Assembly: GCA_964016885.1 (NCBI GenBank)
Contig: OZ024764.1
Location: forward strand, 5,952,001 to 6,016,000
Source: Eledone cirrhosa
Lineage: Eukaryota
Length of the DNA: 64,000 nt
Direction of reading: 5' to 3'
In this document: positions 37,230 through 50,514 of the stretch, one piece after another
Layout: each line of letters begins with the position of its first letter
Position numbering within the stretch: the first letter of the stretch is position 1
Notes under the pieces: model-generated
Told to the model about the DNA's origin: nothing
The model's input: only the letters and a program-made list of their open reading frames with translations
The model's database searches: none
Made by a program: the position numbers and the translations under genes

Positions 37230-37735
37230 TGGTGGTGGATTGGCAGTATTGGTAGAGGGTCGGACGCCATGCTAGGGTGGTGGATTGGCAGTATTGGTAG
37301 AGGGTCGGACTACATGCTAGGGTGGTGGATTGGCAGTATTGGTAGAGGGTCGGACACCATGCTAGGGTGGTGGATTGGCAGTATTGGTAGAGGGTCGGAC
37401 ACCATGCTAGGGTGGTGGATTGGCAGTATTGGTAGAGGGTCGGACACCATGCTAGGGTGGTGGATTGGCAGTATTGGTAGAGGGTCGGACACCATGCTAG
37501 GGTGGTGGATTGGCAGTATTGGTAGAGGGTCGGACACCATGCTAGGGTGGTGGATTGGCAGTATTGGTAGAGGGTCGGACGCCATGCTTTCCAGCATAGT
37601 TACGTCCCTTTATGATCTGAGTTCAAATCCCGCCGAGGTTGACTTTGCCTTTCATCCTTACAGGGTCAATAAAATAAAGTACCAGTAATGCACTGGGTAA
37701 TTGCTGGTCTTGTGCCAAAAGTAGAAACAATTATT
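37230..37735 (+). mobile_element. SINE family A with its 5' 45 bp (A box) repeated about 8 times in tandem
   Basis: Unit GGTGGTGGATTGGCAGTATTGGTAGAGGGTCGGACACCATGCTAG, followed by a single B box GAGTTCAAATCC and the SINE body. Confidence 0.9.
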
Positions 37736-37949
37736 ACATATACACATTTCTATCTTCTTGCTATAACCTTTTTACATGGCCCAAACCACTTTATACTGTT
37801 CTGTGCTGTCTGTAATGTTTTCCTTCATGTTAGCCCTTGTGGCCAATAAAGAAACCATTATATATATATAATAACATTAATAAAGATGATGATGTTACAT
37901 AATGGTTATTTATGTAACATCAGCATCTTTATAAATGTCATTATTATAT

Positions 37950-38305
37950 GAATTGACAGTAGCGGTAGAGGGTTGGACGTCATGCTTTCTAGCATAGTTA
38001 CGTCCGTCCCTTTATGGCCTGAGTTCAAATCCCGTCGAGGTTAACTTTGCCTTTCATCCTTACGGGGGTCGATAAAATAAAGTACCAGTAATGTACTGGA
38101 GTAATTGCTGGCCTTGTGCCAAAAGTAGAAACAATTATTATATTCAGAAACCATGCTTTGCAGGATAGTTATGGCCCTTTACGTTCTGAGTTCAAATCCC
38201 GCCGAGGTTAACTTTGCCTTTCATCCTTACGGGGGCCGATAAAATAAAGTACCAGTAATGTACTGGGGTAATTGCTGGCCTTGTGCCAAAAGTAGAAACT
38301 TTATT
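37950..38305 (+). mobile_element. two tandem SINE family A copies
   Basis: GAGTTCAAATCCCG..GTTAACTTTGCCTTTCATCCTTACGGGG occurs twice. Confidence 0.85.
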
Positions 38306-38394
38306 ATTATATTGAATCTCCATCGTAACTACAAACTACGAATGTTGAGGGCTTTCCCCTGCTTGCTCCTCTTTTTACCAAAACAATCTCTTCA

Positions 38395-38457
<63 letters not shown>

Positions 38458-38904
38458 ACCCAGAGATTATCTACAAGAATTTACTGGAAAGACAGGGAAG
38501 AAAGGAGAGGAGTTAAAGATAAAATCTCACACACCTCCTCACACATACATACCTTCACACATAGATACACCTACACCTACCCACCACACACATACACCAA
38601 CTATGTGAAGTTATGTGACTTCACACTAGACCACCGCCACCACCAGTCATCAGCACCCCCCCCCCATCATTATAACACCCCCACCGCCACCGTTAATCAA
38701 GTTTAAGGGAGATCGGCAATGTTAAACACTGTAAACAACGGTACCCCCCCACCCACCCCATGGCTGTGTAGGGATTAGAGAATTACCCCGAACCACATGA
38801 GACAGCCACCAATGTCGCCATCACAAGCCCGCCCCACCACCATCTTCACAACCACTCCAGGCCACAACCACCTCATGCCAGCCAGCAAAAATAAATAAAA
38901 GCTG

Positions 38905-39190
38905 TTAACCCTTTAGCATTTAAACTGGCCATATCTGACCAAAATACTCTCATCTCTTTCTGTTCAAACTGGCCATTCATACTGATGATAGGGTATTGTT
39001 CTTAAAATAAATATCAAAATCTCATAGATTCAATATTATGTGACGTAAAGCCTTTACTGTGAAAATACAATAGTATATATAGAGTAATGTAAATGTTATG
39101 TGAGATATTATGTGTGGTAAAGCCTTTACTGTGAAAATATAATAGTATGTATAGAGTAATGTAAATGTTATGTGAGATATTATGTGAGGT
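38905..39190 (+). mobile_element. putative DNA-transposon end starting TTAACCC; second copy at about 43038-43245
   Basis: TTAACCCTTTAGCATTTAAACTGGCC..AAAATCTCATAG..AAAGCCTTTAC..GAAAATACAATAGTATATATAGAG is shared by both sites. Confidence 0.5.
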
Positions 39191-39196
39191 AAATAT

Positions 39197-39885
39197 GAGT
39201 TAGAATGTCTCAGGAAAGAATCCCTGAATTGAGAGACCACAGCTCTGATACTACAGACATGTGGTTAGAATGTCTCAGGAAAGAATCTCTGAATTGAGAG
39301 ATCACAGCTTTGATACTACAGACATGTGGTTAGAATGTCTCAGGAAAGAATCTCTGAATTGAGAGATCACAGCTCTGATACTACAGACATGTGGTTAGAA
39401 TGTCTCAGGAAAGAATCTCTGGATTGAGAGATCACAGCTCTGATACTACAGACATGTGGTTAGAATGTCTCAGGAAAGAATCTCTGGATTGAGAGATCAC
39501 AGCTCTGATACTACAGATATGTGGTTAGAACGTCTCAGGAAAGAATCTCTGGATTGAGAGATCACAGCTCTGATACTACAGACATGTGGTTAGAATGTCT
39601 CAGGAAAGAATCTCTGAATTGAGAGATCACAGCTCTGATACTACAGATATGTGGTTAGAATGTCTCAGGAAAGAAATGCTGGTCAGATTTTACTGGCAAA
39701 ACCAACAGGTAGGAGACCCAGGGGTAGACTCTGTGCAAGATGGTTGGATAACATCCAAGATCTTGGCTGGTCTTGCTTGGGGATCCAGCCGGATCAGTTG
39801 GAGACGGTTGCTTCTGACAGGATCCGCTGGAAGTAGTGTTTGAGGACTCTGCCCCACGACCCTCTCAGGAATAAGTGGGCGAAGA
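39197..39885 (+). repeat. 65-bp minisatellite (about 7 copies) amplified from a LINE C-terminal segment, followed by the LINE remainder
   Basis: Unit reads IERSQL*YYRHVVRMSQER, continuing into QILLAKPTGRRPRGR..RWLDNIQDL. Confidence 0.85.
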
Positions 39886-39989
39886 AGATAAATTAGCAAA
39901 ATTTAATACATGGGGGGAGTTGGAAAAAAATCTAAAAAATTAATAAACGGGAGAATGTTGCCAGTGAATATTTGATGTTTACCCCAATG

Positions 39990-41955
39990 GCATTACATAA
40001 CCAGCTACCCAGCTCTATGATGTTTAGCACAACAGCATTACATGGACACAACCAGCTACCCAGCTCTATGGTGTTTAGCACAACAGCATTACATGGACAC
40101 AACCAGCTACCCAGCTCTATGGTGTTTAGCACAACAGCATTACATGAAGGACACAACCAGCTACCCAGATCTATGATGTTTAGCACAACAGCGTTACATG
40201 AAGGACACAACCAGCTACCCAGCTCTATGGTGTTTAGCACAACAGCATTACATGAAGGACACAACCAGCTACCCAGCTCTATGGTGTTTAGCACAACAGC
40301 ATTACATGAAGGACACAACCAGCTACCCAACTCTATGGTGTTTAGCACAACAGCATTACATGAAGGACACAACCAGCTACCCAGCTCTATGGTGTTTAGC
40401 ACAACAGCATTACATGAAGGACACAACCAGCTACCCAACTCTATGGTGTTTAGCACAACAGCATTACATGAAGGACACAACCAGCTACCCAGCTCTATGG
40501 TGTTTAGCACAACAGCATTACATGGACACAACCAGCTACCCAGCTCTATGGTGTTTAGCACAACAGCATTACATGAAGGACACAACCAGCTACCCAACTC
40601 TATGGTGTTTAGCACAACAGCATTACATGAAGGACACAACCAGCTACCCAGCTCTATGGTGTTTAGCACAACAGCATTACATGAAGGACACAACCAGCTA
40701 CCCAGATCTATGATGTTTAGCACAACAGCGTTACATGAAGGACACAACCAGCTACCCAGCTCTATGGTGTTTAGCACAACAGCGTTACATGAATGACATA
40801 ACCAGCTACCCAGCTCTATGGTGTTTAGCACAACAGCATTACATGAAGGACACAACCAGCTACCCAACTCTATGGTGTTTAGCACAACAGCATTACATGA
40901 AGGACACAACCAGCTACCCAGATCTATGATGTTTAGCACAACAGCGTTACATGAAGGACACAACCAGCTACCCAGATCTATGATGTTTAGCACAACAGCA
41001 TTACATGAAGGACACAACCAGCTACCCAACTCTATGGTGTTTAGCACAACAGCATTACATGAAGGACACAACCAGCTACCCAGATCTATGATGTTTAGCA
41101 CAACAGCGTTACATGAAGGACACAACCAGCTACCCAGATCTATGATGTTTAGCACAACAGCATTACATGAAGGACACAACCAGCTACCCAACTCTATGGT
41201 GTTTAGCACAACAGCATTACATGAAGGACACAACCAGCTACCCAGATCTATGATGTTTAGCACAACAGCATTACATGAAGGACACAACCAGCTACCCAGC
41301 TCTATGGTGTTTAGCACAACAGCATTACATGAAGGACACAACCAGCTACCCAGCTCTATGGTGTTTAGCACAACAGCATTACATGAAGGACACAACCAGC
41401 TACCCAGATCTATGATGTTTAGCACAACAGCGTTACATGAAGGACACAACCAGCTACCCAACTCTATGATGTTTAGCACAACAGCATTACATGAAGGACA
41501 CAACCAGCTACCCAACTCTATGGTGTTTAGCACAACAGCATTACATGAAGGACACAACCAGCTACCCAGATCTATGATGTTTAGCACAACAGCATTACAT
41601 GAAGGACACAACCAGCTACCCAGCTCTATGGTGTTTAGCACAACAGCATTACATGAAGGACACAACCAGCTACCCAGCTCTATGGTGTTTAGCACAACAG
41701 CATTACATGAAGGACACAACCAGCTACCCAGCTCTATGGTGTTTAGCACAACAGTATTACATGTAGGACACAACCAGCTACCCAGCTCTATGGTGTTTAG
41801 CACAACAGTATTACATGTAGGACACAACCAGCTACCCAGCTCTATGGTGTTTAGCACAACAGCATTACATGAAGGACACAACCAGCTACCCAGCTCTATG
41901 TTGTTTAGCACAACAGCATTACATGAAGGACACAACCAGCTACCCAGCTCTATGT
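39990..41955. repeat. 54-bp minisatellite, about 36 copies
   Basis: Unit ACCAGCTACCCAGCTCTATGGTGTTTAGCACAACAGCATTACATGAAGGACACA. Confidence 0.97.
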
Positions 41956-42189
41956 TAAATCCTTTCACTATCTGGGTGGTAACAACAATAAGACTCTCTG
42001 TTCTGGTTAGTTAGCTGGTTTCCTTTTATGTGAGCAGCCAGATGGAATTGAACTCAAGTGTAATCAAGTGTGTCGAAGATGTCTGATTCAGTCTGTATAA
42101 TATCACAGCCAGTCAACTGTGACATAAAATATATATACACACACATTAATAGTGCAAGAGAGAAGAGGTGGGGGGGGGGGGGTTAATAA

Positions 42190-42740
42190 CTCTTAACAGG
42201 CTGCAATGATTTAGGTAGATTATATGAAAGTAACAGAAAGAGTTTATAGCACAGCTGATTAGGGACCGAGTAAAACTAGATGAGATGCAATTTGGGTTTG
42301 TGCCAGGAAAAGGCACCACTGATGTTCTCTTCCTTGTGAGGCAGTCACAGGAAAAGTATTTAGCTAAAAGTAAGCTGCTCTACCTGGCATTTGTCAATCT
42401 GGAAAAAAGCCCACGACAGAGTTCCCCGTGCTATAATCTGCTGGGCTTATTAGAAAACTAGGAGTAGATGAATGGCTTGCGAAAGCTGTACAAGCCATGC
42501 ATAGGGGAACAGTCAGCAAAGTTAGAGTTAGCAATGACTATAGCGAGGAATTTAGCATACAGGTCGGTGTCCACCAGGGCTCTGTTCTTAGCCCTCTCCT
42601 GTTTATTATCGTATTGCAGGCTATAATAGAGGAGTTTAAGACCGGATGCCCATGGGAACTTCTCTATGCGGATGATCTTACACTTATAGCTGAATCTATG
42701 GTGGAACTAGAGAAGAAATTCCAGACATGGAAGCAAGGCC
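42190..42740 (+). mobile_element. diverged RTE LINE RT fragment
   Basis: LDEMQFGFVPGK..GVHQGSVLSPLLF..WELLYADD, with frameshifts. Confidence 0.9.
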
Positions 42741-42759
42741 TATCCTGCCTAATTGAGTG

Positions 42760-42900
42760 AACTGGAGCAACATGAAAACAAAATGTTTTCATGTTTACTG
42801 AAAGACATAACACATCCACACCTATCTAATCCAGGAATTGAACTCACAGACTTTCCAGCTTCAACCCAGCACACTAACCACTAAGCCAAGCTCCTTCACA
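42760..42900 (-). mobile_element. tRNA-SINE head fragment; similar fragment at about 36760-36865
   Basis: CTGGAGCAACATGAAA..GGAATTGAACTCAC..CTAACCACTAAGCC..CCTTCACA. Confidence 0.7.
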
Positions 42901-43245
42901 ACAAATCTCTATATACAAGAATGAAAATGTCTGTCTGTCTATATTGAAGGTGATGCTTTCCAGTTTCCATCTGATTTTGTTCAAATTTGATACATAGGTT
43001 ATTTAGTTCCCCTAAAATAGCAGAGTTCTGGGGTTAGTTAACCCTTCAGCATTTAAACCGGTCACATCCAGCCAGAATTCTCTCACCTCTTTCTGTTTAA
43101 ACTAGCTATAACTGGTCACTCATACTTATTTTAAGGTATTGTTCTCAAAATAAATAATATCAAAATCTCATAGTTTCAATATTATGTGAGATAATTATGT
43201 AAGATAAAGCCTTTACCATGAAAATACAATAGTATATATAGAGCA

Positions 43246-43422
43246 ATTGTTTCTACTTTTGGCACAAGGCCAGCAACTACCCCAGTGTATTACTGCTACT
43301 TCATTTTATCGACCCTGTAAGGATAAAAGGCAAAGTTAACCTCGGTGGGATTTGAACTCAGAATGTAAAGAATTGTAACTATATACCGCAAGGCATGTTG
43401 TCCAACGTTCTACTGATACTGC
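43246..43422 (-). mobile_element. tRNA-derived SINE family A
   Basis: TTGTTTCTACTTTTGGCACAAGGCC..GGGATTTGAACTCAG. Confidence 0.85.
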
Positions 43423-43799
43423 TAAAGACGGCCATGTTGCTCAGAGAGAGGAGAGGGTCTTTATTTACAGTGGTGAAAGGTGTGCTCAGCAAAGAGGGGC
43501 TCTTTTGTTAGTTTAAAATAATAAAATTCAAGAAAAAAAAAAAAAATGAAATCAACCGGCAGCACGGGGGGGGGGGGGTTAGAGAATAATGATCTGTGAA
43601 TGGGAGGAGTATAAGGGGAGTGGTGTGGAGGAGGAGGAGGGGGGGGGGGGGGGGGGGGGGGCAGTGATTCATTATATCATCAGTGTCTTGCTCCTGTACC
43701 AATGCCGCCACCGCCTTCTCTGGCTGACTTTGCAATTATCTTTCTGTGGTTAATGAGTTCAAATTAACCCATTTCAGTTGAAACAAGGAATTAGTGAGA

Positions 43800-45890
43800 T
43801 GTGATGATGGAGTAGATGGTGGTGGTGACTGTGTTGGTGGTGGTGACTGTGTTGGTGGTGGTGGTGGTAGTGTTGGTTGTGGTGGTGGTGGTAGTGTTGG
43901 TTGTGGTGGTGGTGGTGACTGTGTTGGTGGTGGTGGTGGTGGTGTTGGTTGTGGTGGTGGTGGTAGTGTTGGTTGTGGTGGTGGTGGTGGTGGTGACTGT
44001 GTTGGTGGTGGTGGTGGTGGTGTTGGTTGTGGTGGTGGTGGTAGTGTTGGTTGTGGTGGTGGTGGTGGTGGTGACTGTGTTGGTGGTGGTGGTGGTGGTG
44101 ATGGTGGTGGTGGTGGTGGTGACTGTGTTGGTGGTGGTGATGGTGTTGGTGGTGGTGGTGGTAGTGTTGGTTGTGGTGGTGGTGGCGGTGGTAGTGTTGG
44201 TTGTGGTGGTGGTGACTGTGTTGGTGGTAGTGGTGACTGTGTTGGTGGTGGTGGTGGTAACTGTGTTGGTGGTGGTGGTGGTGGTGACTGTGTTGGTGGT
44301 GGTGATGGTGTTGGTGGTGGTGGTGGTAGTGTTGGTTGTGGTGGTGGTGGTGGTAGTGTTGGTTGTGGTGGTGGTGGTGGTAGTGTTGGTTGTGGTGGTG
44401 GTGGTGGTGACTGTGTTGGTGGTGACTGTGTTGGTGGTGGTGACTGTGTTGGTGGTGGTAGTGTTGGTTGTGGTGGTGGTGGTGGTGGTGGTGGTGGTGG
44501 TGGTGGTAGTGTTGGTTGTGGTGGTGGTAGTGGTATATGGTGCTGTAGTTGATGGGATATGGTGGTGTTGGTTGTGATGGTGACAGTAGTGGGGGGAGGG
44601 GGAGTGTTTAGTGGTGGTGGTCGTGGTGGGAGGTAGAGTTTAGTGGTGGTGGCAGTGGGAGGTGGTGTTTAGTGGTGAGAGGTAGAGTTTAGTGGTGGGA
44701 GGTAGTGTTTAGAGGTAGAGTTTAGTGGTAGTGGTGGGAGGTAGTGTTTAGAGGTGGTGGTAGGAGGTAGTGTTTAGTGGTGGTGGTAGTGGGAGGTAGA
44801 GTTTAGTGGGGGTGGTAATGGGAGGTAGAGTTTAGTGGTGGGAGGTAGTGTTTAGAGGTGGTGGTAGTGGAAGGGAGGAGGTAGAATTTGGTGGTGGTGG
44901 GAGGTAGTGTTTAGTGGTGATAGTGGGAGGTAGAATTTAGTGGTGGTGGTAGTGGGAGGCAGAGTTTAGTGGTGGTGGGACAGAGTGTTTAGTGGTGGGA
45001 GGTAGTGTTTAGAGGTGGTGGTAGTGGAAGGGAGGAGGTAGAGTTTGGTGGTGGTAGTGGGAGGCAGAGTTTAGTGGTGGTAGGGGGAGTGAGTGTTTAG
45101 TGGTGGGAGGAGGTAGAGTTTAGTGGTGGTGGTGGTAGTGGTGAGAAGAGAGAGACCAAGAGAGAGAGAAGGGACTGGTGTTGGTAGTTTTAGGGATTAG
45201 AGAAACTGGGAGTGACTCATCTATAGTGAGAGGGAGGGGGATCTAATGGGGGTGGAGGAATACTGTCTGACAATACTGACCTACATATAGTGTGTTGACA
45301 TGATGGTGGAGACTGGTATTGATGGTAGTGGTGGTGGTGGTGGTGGTAGTGGTGGTGGTGGTGTAGTTGTGGTGGTAGTGATGGTGTAGTTGTGGTGGTG
45401 GTAGTGGTGGTGGTGGTAGTGGTGGTGTTGTTGGTGGTAGTGATGGTGTAGTTGTTGTGGTGGTAGTGGTGTTGTTGGTGGTGGTGGTGTAGTTGTGGTG
45501 GTGGTAGTGGTGTTGTTGTTGGTGGTGGTAGTGGTGTTGTTGTTGGTGGTGGTAGTGGTGGTGTAGTTGTGGTGTTGTTGGTGGTGGTAGTGGTGTTGTT
45601 GTTGGTGGTGGTGTAGTTGTGGTGGTGGTAGTGGTGTAGTTGTGGTGGTGGTAGTGGTGTTGTTGTTGGTGGTGGTAGTGGTGGTGTAGTTGTGGTGTTG
45701 TTAGTGGTGGTAGTGGTGTTGTTGTTGGTGGTGGTGTAGTTGTGGTGGTGGTAGTGGTGTAGTTGTGGTGGTGGTAGTGGTGTTGTTGTTGGTGGTGGTA
45801 GTGGCGGTGATGTAGTTGTGGTGGTGGTAGTGGTGTTGTTGGTGGTGGTGGTGTTGTTGATGGTGGAGACTGGTATTGATGGTGGTGGTG
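43800..45890. repeat. (GGT)n-rich low-complexity region
   Basis: GGT/GTT/AGT degenerate repeats. Confidence 0.93.
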
Positions 45891-46952
45891 TCATTGCTTT
45901 TGTTGAGTGTGGGGAGAATGGTGCAGTTGGTGGTGTTGGTTGAAGGTGCAGTGAGGGGGAGGGAGGAAAGAAAGAGAGAGAGACACTACACATGAGATGA
46001 AAGCACCATCACTACCACCACCACACCACCATCACTACCACCACCACACCACCATCACTATCACCACCACACCACCATCACTACCACCACCACACCACCA
46101 CCATTAATGAACCAATAAGGAGGTATGGATGTGATAGTTCAACCTGCTAGAAATAGCAGCCAAATTACCTTCAAGTCACACCCTACCATCTTAAATATAC
46201 ATGGTTATATATATCATCTCTTCCCTATTATGTCAATGTCACCATAAATACACCCAGTACACTCTGTAAAGGGGTTGGTGATAGGAAGGGCAACCAACCT
46301 TAGGTAACCTGACAAATAGTTGTGAAGATCCCCCAGTTGTATCAAGTACACAGACACAAACATGTAGCACACACGCACACCCAGTCACAAACATGTAGCA
46401 CCCACACACATGTAGCACACCCACACACACATGTAGCACGCACACACAAATACAACCATTAGCACACACCCACACAAACATGTAGCGCACACCCACACAC
46501 AGAGACAACTATTAGCACACACCCACACAGACATAAACATGTAGCAGAACCCACACACAACCACCCATAGACATGTAGCACACACCCACACATAACCATG
46601 CTGCACACACCCAGAGACACAACCATGTAGCATCCACAAACAAACATGTAACACATACCCAGAGACACAAACATATAGCACACACATACAAAACCATGTA
46701 GTATACACCCATGGGTATATAGCACACTGACACCCATGCAGCATACACACACATGTAGCAGACTCACATACACGGACACAAACATGTTGCATACACACAG
46801 ACAGTGGTAACATATATACACATAGATAGATAGGTAGACACAATCATGTAGCATACCCACCACAAGCACACAACCGTAGGTAACCTGACAAATAGTTGTA
46901 CAGACCCTTCAGTTGTATCAAGGACATGACAACCTCTCTATTGTTGGAGATC

Positions 46953-47920
46953 TACACCCAGTACACTCTGTATAAGTGGCTGGTGATAGGAAGGGCATGC
47001 AGCCTTTGAAAACCTGACAAACGGTCGGGAGTCACGATAAATACACCCAGTACACTCTGTATAAGTGGCTGGTGATAGGAAGGGCATGCAGCCTTTGAAA
47101 ACCTGACAAACGGTCGGCAGTCACGATAAATACACCCAGTACACTCTGTATAAGTGGCTGGTGATAGGAAGGGCATGCAGCCTTTGAAAACTTGACAAAC
47201 GGTCGGGTGTCACGATAAAGGCACCCAGTACACTCTGTATAAGTGGCTGGTGATAGGAAGGGCATGCAGCCTTTGAAAAACTGACAAACCCTCGGGAGTC
47301 ACGATAAATACACCCAGTACACTCTGTATAAGTGGCTACTGATAGGAAGGGCATGCGGCCTTTGAAAAACTGACAAACCCTCGGGAGTCACGATAAATAC
47401 ACCCAGTACACTCTGTATAAGTGGCTGGTGATAGGAAGGGCATGCAGCCTTTGAAAAACTGACAAACCCTCGGGAGTCACGATAAATACACCCAGTACAC
47501 TCTGTATAAGTGGCTACTGATAGGAAGGGCATGCAGCCTTAGAAAAACTGACAAACCCTCGGGAGTCACGATAAATACACCCAGTACACTCTGTATAAGT
47601 GGCTGGTGATAGGAAGGGCATGCAGCCTTTGAAAAACTGACAAACCCTCGGGAGTCACGATAAATACACCCAGTACACTCTGTATAAGTGGCTGGTGATA
47701 GGAAGGGCATGCAGCCTTTGAAAAACTGACAAACAGTCGGGGGTCACGATAAATACATCCAGTACACTCTGTAAAGTGGTTGATTATAGGAATGGCATCC
47801 AGCCTTAAAAACCCAGCCAAACTCCCTAGTGTTGGCGATCAACACAATAAAGGCACCCAGTACACTCTGTAAAGTGGTTGGTGTTAGGAAGGACATCTAG
47901 CCGTAGAAAACTTGCCAAAC
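46953..47920 (+). repeat. 89-bp SINE-derived minisatellite, about 9-10 copies
   Basis: Unit contains ACACCCAGTACACTCTGTATAAGTGGCTGGTGATAGGAAGGGCATGCAGCC, related to the SINE segment GTGGTTGGTGTTAGGAAGGGCATCC. Confidence 0.9.
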
Positions 47921-48199
47921 AAGGGATGTAGAAGATCCTTCTTTTGTGTCAAATGACATAGGTACGGTTCCAAGACCTTGACTAGTAATAACGTTGACTC
48001 CAACCAAGGGTTCCTGGATTATCCCCCCCCCCCCTAACCCTTTCACAATCCAAAGAAGGGTCCAAAGGAATGGTGGCCACTAACTCTCCTCCCAGAAAAT
48101 ACCTCTCCCTTCAGAGGTGATGGTCACTAGGCACAATGACAACAAATTTAAGTAAAAAAATGGTTGAGATTCACGGAGATGGGGGGGGGGGGGGGGACA

Positions 48200-48397
48200 T
48201 ACAGGGAGAGAGATAGACAGTGAGGGAGGGAGTGACATACAGTGATGAGGGAGAGAGAGAGTGACATACAGTGAGGGAGTGAGTGAGAAAGATAGAGAGG
48301 TTTGGAGAGAAAGAGACAAACAGTGAAGGAGAGAGTGAGAGAGAGTGAAAGAGAAAGATAGAGAGGTTTAGAGAGAGAGAGAGAGAGAGAAACAGTG

Positions 48398-48433
<36 letters not shown>

Positions 48434-48480
48434 GTGAAGGAGGGAGGGAGAGATAGTGAAAGAGAAAGATAGAGAGGTTT

Positions 48481-48538
<58 letters not shown>

Positions 48539-48550
48539 TTAGAGAGAGAA
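48200..48550. repeat. (GA)n-rich repeat
   Basis: Direct inspection. Confidence 0.9.
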
Positions 48551-48637
48551 TTTGTTGTAAGCCAGAAAGCAGCTAAGATTGGTGGTGATGGTATATATGG
48601 CTTTTAGTCATGGTAACCATTCTTCAGACAGACAGAT

Positions 48638-50280
48638 GTGGTGATGATGGTGTTGTTGGTGGTGGTAGTGATGATGGTGTTGTTGTTGGTGGTAGTGTTA
48701 TTGGTGGTGATGATGGTGTTGTTGGTGGTGGTGGTAGTGTTGTTGGTGGTGGTGGTGTTGTTGTTGGTGGTGGTAGTGTTGTTGGTGGTGGTGGTGGTAG
48801 TGTTGTTGTTGGTGGTGGTAGTGTTGTTGTTGGTGGTGGTAGTGTTATTGGTGGTGATGATGGTGTTGTTGTTGGTGGTGGTAGTGTTATTGGTGGTGAT
48901 GATGGTGTTGTTGGTGGTGGTGGTGTTGTTGGTGGTGGTGGTGGTGGTAGTGTTGTTGTTGGTGGTGGTAGTGTTATTGGTGGTGATGATGGTGTTGTTG
49001 GTGGTGGTAGTGTTGTTGGTAGTGGTGATGGTGGTAGTATTGTTGGTGGTGGTGGTAGTGTTGTTGGTGGTGGTGATGATGGTTTTGTTGTTGGTGGTGG
49101 TAGTGTTATTGGTGGTGATGATGGTGTTGTTGGTGGTGGTGGTAGTGTTGTTGGTGGTGATGATGGTGGTGGTGGTAGTATTGTTGGTGGTGGTGGTAGT
49201 GTTGTTGTTGGTGGTGATGATGGTTTTGTTGTTGGTGGTGGTAGTGTTGTTGGTAGTGGTGATGGTGGTGGTGGTAGTGTTGTTGGTGGTGGTGGTGGTA
49301 GTGTTGTTGTTGGTGGTGATGATGGTTTTGTTGTTGGTGGTGGTAGTGTTATTGGTGGTGATGATGGTGTTGTTGTTGGTGGTGGTAGTGTTGTTGGTGG
49401 TGGTGGTGTTGTTGTTGGTGGTGATGATGGTTTTGTTGTTGGTGGTGGTAGTGTTGTTGGTGGTGGTGATGGTTTTGTTGTTGGTGGTGGTAGTGTTGTT
49501 GATGGTGGTGATGGTGGTGGTGGTAGTGTTGGTGGTGGTGGTAGTGTTGTTGGTGATGATGGTGTTGTTGGTGGTGGTGGTAGTTTTGTTGTTGGTGGTA
49601 GTGGTAGTATTGGTGGTGGTGATAGTGTTATTTGTGGTAATGATGGTGTGTTGTGTGTGGTTAGTTGATGTGACAGGCAGGTGGTGATAGATTGTAGTGT
49701 TGTATGTAGTGTTGTTGTGGTGGTGTTGTTGATGGTAGTGTTGTTGGTGGTGGTGGTGGTAGTGTTGTTGGTGGTGGTGTGTAGTGTTGTTGTTGGTGGT
49801 GGTGGTAGTGTTGTTGTGTTGGTGGTGGTAGTGTTGTTGTTGGTGTGATGATGTAGTTGATGGTAGTGATGTTGGTTGTTGTTGGTGTTGGATGGTGGTG
49901 TGATGGTAGTGTGATGAGGTAGGTGTGGTAGTGGTGATGGTAGGTGGTGATGGTAGTGGTGATGGTAGTGTTTGTTGTTGTTGGTGGTGATGGACGGTGG
50001 TGGTAGTGTTGTTGTTGTTGGTGGTGTTGTTAGTATTGTGTTATTGGTAGGTGATGTTGTTGTTGTTGTTGGTGGTGTTGTAGTTGTTGATAGGTGATGG
50101 TGATGGTATGTTGTTTCTGGTGATGAGTAGTGATGTAGTGTTAGTGTCTATGATAGTGGTGATGGTAGTTGTGGTGTGGTTGTTAGTGTATGGTGAGTAG
50201 TTGTCGTGTAGTGTATGATGGCCGTGCTAGTGTAGTGTCTAGGCAGTGTAGTGATAGTTGCGTTGTAGTGTTAGTTGACG
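48638..50280. repeat. (GGT/GTT)n low-complexity region
   Basis: Direct inspection. Confidence 0.93.
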
Positions 50281-50461
50281 AAGATGCTGATATTTTTATT
50301 AGAGAGAAAAGAAATCTGGTCGTCTTAAGACCTTAATGGCTGCAGTTGAGCTGAGCAGACACACAGAGAGATACCTCACCCACACACATGTAACATATAC
50401 ACATACACACAGATAGGTAGACATACATACAGTGACACAGACAGTCCAGGTAGGTATGTAT

Positions 50462-50512
<51 letters not shown>

Positions 50513-50514
<2 letters not shown>

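Noticed and set aside
39932-42014. 678-aa ORF with repeated WLCPSC (zinc-finger-like)
   Set aside because: Product of a 54-bp tandem repeat that is open on both strands, with near-identical DNA units.
43794-49687. Gly-rich and Val-rich ORFs
   Set aside because: Translations of (GGT)n low-complexity DNA.
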